Shown here: in pieces, positions 59,817-64,000 of the stretch | Numbering within the stretch: position 1 is the stretch's first letter | How the letters are laid out: each line of letters opens with the position of its first letter | Position numbers and translations under genes: made by a program | The notes under the pieces: generated by a model | What the model saw: the letters and a program-made list of their open reading frames with translations, nothing else | Told to the model about the DNA's origin: nothing | Databases searched by the model: none | NCBI GenBank assembly: GCA_046538485.1 | Contig: JBKHIT010000023.1 | Coordinates: 1-64,000, forward strand | Length of the DNA stretch: 64,000 nt | Reading direction: 5' to 3' | Source of the DNA: Candidatus Brocadiia bacterium | GTDB lineage: Bacteria > Planctomycetota > Brocadiia > SM23-32

Positions 59817-60746
59817 ATGTTTGGAAGAGTCTCGGAAACCGAACGCCGGTTACAGGATAGCAGCGCCCGAGCGCCCCTACATGGTTTCACCCTGATAGAA
59901 CTACTGGTGGTCATCGCCATCATCGCAATTTTGGCCGCCATGTTGTTGCCCGCGTTGGAGTCGGCACGAGAAAGGGCCTCGCGTATTGTATGTATGTCGA
60001 ATCTGCGGCAACGTGGTGTGGCCTATCATATGTATGCGGTGGACTCTGCCGGGCTGCTTCCGCATTGTCAGCCGGACAGAATACAGAACGCGGAGAGAAT
60101 CGCTGTCCCACTGGAGTCCGAGCTGCGCAGCACTTTGTACAGTTATACCGATGGAAACCTTCAGGTCTGGTGGTGCCCGCAGGCCTGGGGCCGAGACTCG
60201 GTATCCCAGCAGAAAACGTGGTCGGGGGATGTGATGAGCAAACCGCAGAAAATCACCTCCCAGGGCGGTGGATTCATACGCACTGTCCCGCACTGGGTGC
60301 ACCACGTTGACAAGCTGAGCGTCGACTGGTCGATCCGCTGGCTGTTCGAAGATCCGTCGTACCTGATTTCCGGTGAACGGTCAACAGAGGGTAGGCTCGG
60401 CTGGGGGAACAGCGCTGGTAAAGGCGGAAATAAGGAACACCCGGCGCCCAAGCTTGCGGGCGCACCGGGGAAGGCGATCTTGCTTGCCGAAACCTACCCG
60501 ACCCCCGGCGCCACACCAGGAATCCTGCCGTCCCACAGCGCGTGGTGGTTTGGCTGGCGACCGCGGCATAAGGGAGGAAGCGTGTTATTCGACGGCGGTA
60601 ATGTTCTGCGCGCCGATGCGTCGGCGGCATGGATTCAGGTCGTAGATCAGTACTACACTGGCCCTGGCGACAGATGGCCGAGCGTCTCCCACTGGCTGTG
60701 GTACTGGAATAACAAAGGTATCTATATGGTCGCGGACGGTCATTAA
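59817..60746 (+). CDS. Prepilin-type N-terminal cleavage/methylation protein (DUF1559-like), copy 4
   Basis: [61 protein letters not shown]. Confidence 0.93.
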   Translation: MFGRVSETERRLQDSSARAPLHGFTLIELLVVIAIIAILAAMLLPALESARERASRIVCMSNLRQRGVAYHMYAVDSAGLLPHCQPDRIQNAERIAVPLESELRSTLYSYTDGNLQVWWCPQAWGRDSVSQQKTWSGDVMSKPQKITSQGGGFIRTVPHWVHHVDKLSVDWSIRWLFEDPSYLISGERSTEGRLGWGNSAGKGGNKEHPAPKLAGAPGKAILLAETYPTPGATPGILPSHSAWWFGWRPRHKGGSVLFDGGNVLRADASAAWIQVVDQYYTGPGDRWPSVSHWLWYWNNKGIYMVADGH

Positions 60747-60889
60747 GGCAATGAGAGTTCTGTGGCGATCGGACCGGATTCGTCTTTCGCAATCTTTGGG
60801 TTATTTATGCAAGACCGCCTGGCTCGGGTAGGCCGGAAGGTTCGATGGATTCGATTCGGGATTTGAACGGCGAACAAAAAGGTAAAGTC

Positions 60890-63800
60890 ATGCAAAAAGG
60901 TTTGCGTTTGCTCTGCAGTATGGTCGCCGTCCTGTCAGTCGCGGTACAAACGCTCTCGGCAATGGGGGGGGAAAACCCGGATATCGCGCTTGCGGCCAAG
61001 ATCGCCTACTACCCCAGTTATAACACGTTGGAGTTGCGAACCGGTGAAATTCTCTTCCGCACCGAGGACGGCAAAGCGGGGTTGCAGGCACAATATTTCG
61101 ATAACCCAAACTTGGAAGGGAACCCTGTGCTGACGCGGGTCGACCGGAACCTGAATTTCAATTGGGAGCAGGGTTCTCCAGGGCAAAACATCCCTGAGGA
61201 CGGTTTTTCCGTGCGCTGGACCGGGCGGCTGGCTGAAGCCCCCAGAACCGATATTTACGAGTGGGACGTGTCCCACGACGACGGCATGCGCCTCTGGATT
61301 GACGGTGAAAAAGTGGTAGATGCATGGGGCGGCCCGGGACGTCATACCGAGCGTACCCAGGTGGAAAGGGGAACACGGCCGCATATCAAAATTGAATACC
61401 GCGAGACCGGCGGCGACGCGCGGGCGCGGGTTTCTGTCCGCCCTCTTGGCGCCGTGACCGAACAACTGTTTCATACACCCGATGGCGAGCCCGGCGTGCG
61501 TGCAGAGTACTTCGGCAACCCAGACCTCGAGGGTGAGCCGGTCGCGAGCAGAAACGTGTCGCGTATCCACCATCATGATTATCGGGTTCCGGGCACAGGC
61601 ACAGATACCTGGAGCATCCGCTGGACCGGGACATTGGGTCCGGCCCCGACCTCAGGCACATATATGTTTGAGGCCCGTCACCAGGACGGGGCGCGGGTTT
61701 TCATAGACGACGTGCTTGTCTTCGAAGACTGGAGCACAGGGAAAGATACGGACCTCGCGCGTTTTGAAATGCACGAGGGCGAGGTCGTCGACTTTCGTAT
61801 CGAGATGAATCAGGTGCCGCATGGGCCCGTCACCATGAATGTCCTGCCGCGAATAGCACTTGCTGATGCGTACAAGAAGGCGGAAGCCACGCTTACCCTC
61901 GTTGACGGCGACGGTGAGACCGTTCAGAAGAAAGCGTTTCAGCTTGAACGGTTCGGGGATCGGCGGTTCGTTGAAATTGAGCCGTTGAAACCCGGACGCT
62001 ACGAAGTGCGGCTCAGTGCCGGCCTGAATACGGTTAACAAAACAGTCGTGCACCGGGATTTTAATTGGGAGGACAACAAGTTAGGCATCACCGATAAGAT
62101 CTACCCGCCGTTTAAGCCAATCGAAGTGAGCGACGGCCCCGTCGTGAACGTCGTACTGAGACGATACCATTTGAATGAACTGGGCCTGCCCGCGCAGATC
62201 GAAGCTCGGGGCCAGGATAAGGACAGTGTGTACAAAGAACTGCTGGCCGGCCCGATTCAGTTGATTGCCAACGGCGAGGCCGTGACACGCGGCGAGGGGG
62301 AGTTTGTGAAAATGGACGAGCGCGAAGTCGTGTACGAAGGCCGCGCCGCCCACCCGGCGGTCAACATAACGACACGCACGACCACCGAGTTCGACGGGTG
62401 TATGAAAGTGGAGTTGACCCTCGATCCGGGGGGCAAGGCTGCGGAACCGACTGCGACCGACACCAAGCGACAGCAGTCGACCGTTCTGGAATCCCTGGTT
62501 CTGGAGGTTCCCTTAAAGAACGAGATGGCTCCGCTGTTCCACGTCGTCAAGGGGTCCCCGCCGATCAGGCAGAACACGGCGGGTGCCACACCGCGTGGCG
62601 ATGGACAGATCTGGGATTCGACGAAGCTCCGCTGCAAGAAATGGCCCGGCAATTTCAAGCCCTACATCTGGCTCGGCGGACCGGCGCGCGGTCTGTCCTG
62701 GTTTGCGGACAATGAAAAAGGCTGGGTGATGGACTGGAAGAACACCCCCCCGTGCCAGACATTGCATCGGAAGGACGCTACACTGACGCTGCGCATCCAC
62801 CTGGTTCAGCGGCCCGTGCAGTTGCGTGAGGCGCGCACAATTACTTTCGGACTCATGGCCAGCCCCGCCAAACCGATGCCCGAAGGGTGGCGCCGCCTCG
62901 CACGCCCGGACGCCAAGGGCATCAGGTTCAAGATGGGGCAGCTTTTCGGGCTCGACGCCATCTTTGCCGCGAAATATCCACGGGGCAAAGACTTTTCGCC
63001 CTTCGAAAAATTCTATGCGGCGCGGCTGGGAGAGGATATCGACCTCCGCGAGTTCGTGAACGACTGGGCCGACAAACACCTGCATGACGGCATGAGTGAC
63101 AATCTGAAAAGGCGCTATCGGAGCCTGATGCGCAACATAATGCGTACTGGCAGGAAGCTTGGGCCGGACACATATTTCACGGCTTACTTCGAGGAATTCC
63201 GTGCTACAACCACCTGGCACGAGGACCATAAAGTGTACTGGTGCGAATGGAACCGGCTGTTCCAGCAGCAGAGGGAGCGACTTTTTACAGATTGGAAAGA
63301 CTGGCCAGTTAAAAAACAGCATCTCCGCTGGTTCACAGGCACCGGCGCCATCGTGCCCAGCTACCGTGACTTCGCCTGCTATTTTGCGGCGAAATGGCTG
63401 GAGAACGGGGTGGGTATTTATTTTGACAATGCGTTCCCGGAGACAGCCTATAACACGATCAACACGTCTGCTTTCGTGCGTGAGGACGGCTCCATTCAAC
63501 CCTCATGCGGCATCTGGGCGCGCCGTGCGTATCTCCGCCGTATTTGGAATCTGCATCAGGAACTGTACCGGCCGGAAACGCCCCAGATCATGATGCTCCA
63601 CATGACCAATACGCATATTCTACCGTACATGGTCTGGAACCAGTCGAATCTCGACCTGGAGTGGAAGCTGCCGGGGGTGGCGCCGTTACAGAAGAAGTTC
63701 TCTCCGGAGCTGCTCCGGGCCGAATCCATCGGACTGCAGACCGGAAATATCCCGCTTGCCATGGTGAAACCCGGTAAAAAGCGTAAGCCTGCGAAAGGTA

Positions 63801-64000
63801 TGTCGAAGGAAAAGTTCGAAAACATCCACGAGACCTATCGCTACGGATTGTACCTGCATGAAATCAAGTACGCCCCCAATATTTCCGCCTCTTCGCCGCC
63901 GGAGCCCATGATTGACTTCGGCTACGGGTTGGATGACTGCGAAGTAATCAACTACTGGGACGACAGCGCGTCATTGAAGATCAGCGACCCGGACTGCAAA
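60890..64000 (+). CDS. Secreted DUF6067-like protein with two PA14 domains; partial, runs off the window and is absent from the ORF track
   Basis: Own translation: MQKGLRLLCSMVAVLSVAVQTLSA; GLQAQYFDN..FSVRWTG..DDGMRLWIDG; GVRAEYFGN..WSIRWTG..QDGARVFIDD; PYIWLGG..GLSWFADNE; ends DPDCK in frame (1037 codons). Confidence 0.9.
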   Translation, partial: MQKGLRLLCSMVAVLSVAVQTLSAMGGENPDIALAAKIAYYPSYNTLELRTGEILFRTEDGKAGLQAQYFDNPNLEGNPVLTRVDRNLNFNWEQGSPGQNIPEDGFSVRWTGRLAEAPRTDIYEWDVSHDDGMRLWIDGEKVVDAWGGPGRHTERTQVERGTRPHIKIEYRETGGDARARVSVRPLGAVTEQLFHTPDGEPGVRAEYFGNPDLEGEPVASRNVSRIHHHDYRVPGTGTDTWSIRWTGTLGPAPTSGTYMFEARHQDGARVFIDDVLVFEDWSTGKDTDLARFEMHEGEVVDFRIEMNQVPHGPVTMNVLPRIALADAYKKAEATLTLVDGDGETVQKKAFQLERFGDRRFVEIEPLKPGRYEVRLSAGLNTVNKTVVHRDFNWEDNKLGITDKIYPPFKPIEVSDGPVVNVVLRRYHLNELGLPAQIEARGQDKDSVYKELLAGPIQLIANGEAVTRGEGEFVKMDEREVVYEGRAAHPAVNITTRTTTEFDGCMKVELTLDPGGKAAEPTATDTKRQQSTVLESLVLEVPLKNEMAPLFHVVKGSPPIRQNTAGATPRGDGQIWDSTKLRCKKWPGNFKPYIWLGGPARGLSWFADNEKGWVMDWKNTPPCQTLHRKDATLTLRIHLVQRPVQLREARTITFGLMASPAKPMPEGWRRLARPDAKGIRFKMGQLFGLDAIFAAKYPRGKDFSPFEKFYAARLGEDIDLREFVNDWADKHLHDGMSDNLKRRYRSLMRNIMRTGRKLGPDTYFTAYFEEFRATTTWHEDHKVYWCEWNRLFQQQRERLFTDWKDWPVKKQHLRWFTGTGAIVPSYRDFACYFAAKWLENGVGIYFDNAFPETAYNTINTSAFVREDGSIQPSCGIWARRAYLRRIWNLHQELYRPETPQIMMLHMTNTHILPYMVWNQSNLDLEWKLPGVAPLQKKFSPELLRAESIGLQTGNIPLAMVKPGKKRKPAKGMSKEKFENIHETYRYGLYLHEIKYAPNISASSPPEPMIDFGYGLDDCEVINYWDDSASLKISDPDCK

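Noticed and set aside
26295..60746. Diversity-generating retroelement or shufflon as the source of pilin variation
   Set aside because: No reverse transcriptase, recombinase, template/variable repeat pair or inversion sites seen in the window.
62513..63499. 328-aa minus-strand ORF and neighbouring short ORFs
   Set aside because: Explained by the open plus-strand gene starting at 60890.

Overview
64-kb window from a bacterium with PVC/Planctomycetota hallmarks: GYF_2 and zinc-ribbon membrane proteins, DUF1559-like prepilin proteins, a PmoA/DUF6807 protein and a DUF6785/6784-like membrane protein (taxonomy is inferred). About 0.2-24.4 kb is core genome: STAS protein, sugar epimerase, an internally permuted phosphomannose-isomerase-like cupin, thiE, trpC, FGGY kinase, recG, a purF lacking Cys1, acyltransferase, MFS transporter and a candidate 6S-like RNA. 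About 24.6-64 kb is an accessory glycan-utilisation region. It is built from a recurring association of GntR/sugar-binding regulator, pilin-like gene with a variable head, and very large secreted glycan-active proteins, with no SusC/SusD, TonB or ABC transporter genes. It also holds a signal-peptide-less GH78/BNR/GH36/sulfatase block, several deletion-scar pseudogenes and a 2-kb non-coding mosaic of palindromic repeats. The first ~215 nt look foreign. A 1037-codon ORF missing from the supplied track starts at 60890 and runs off the end. All family calls come from motif recognition by eye; no searches were run.
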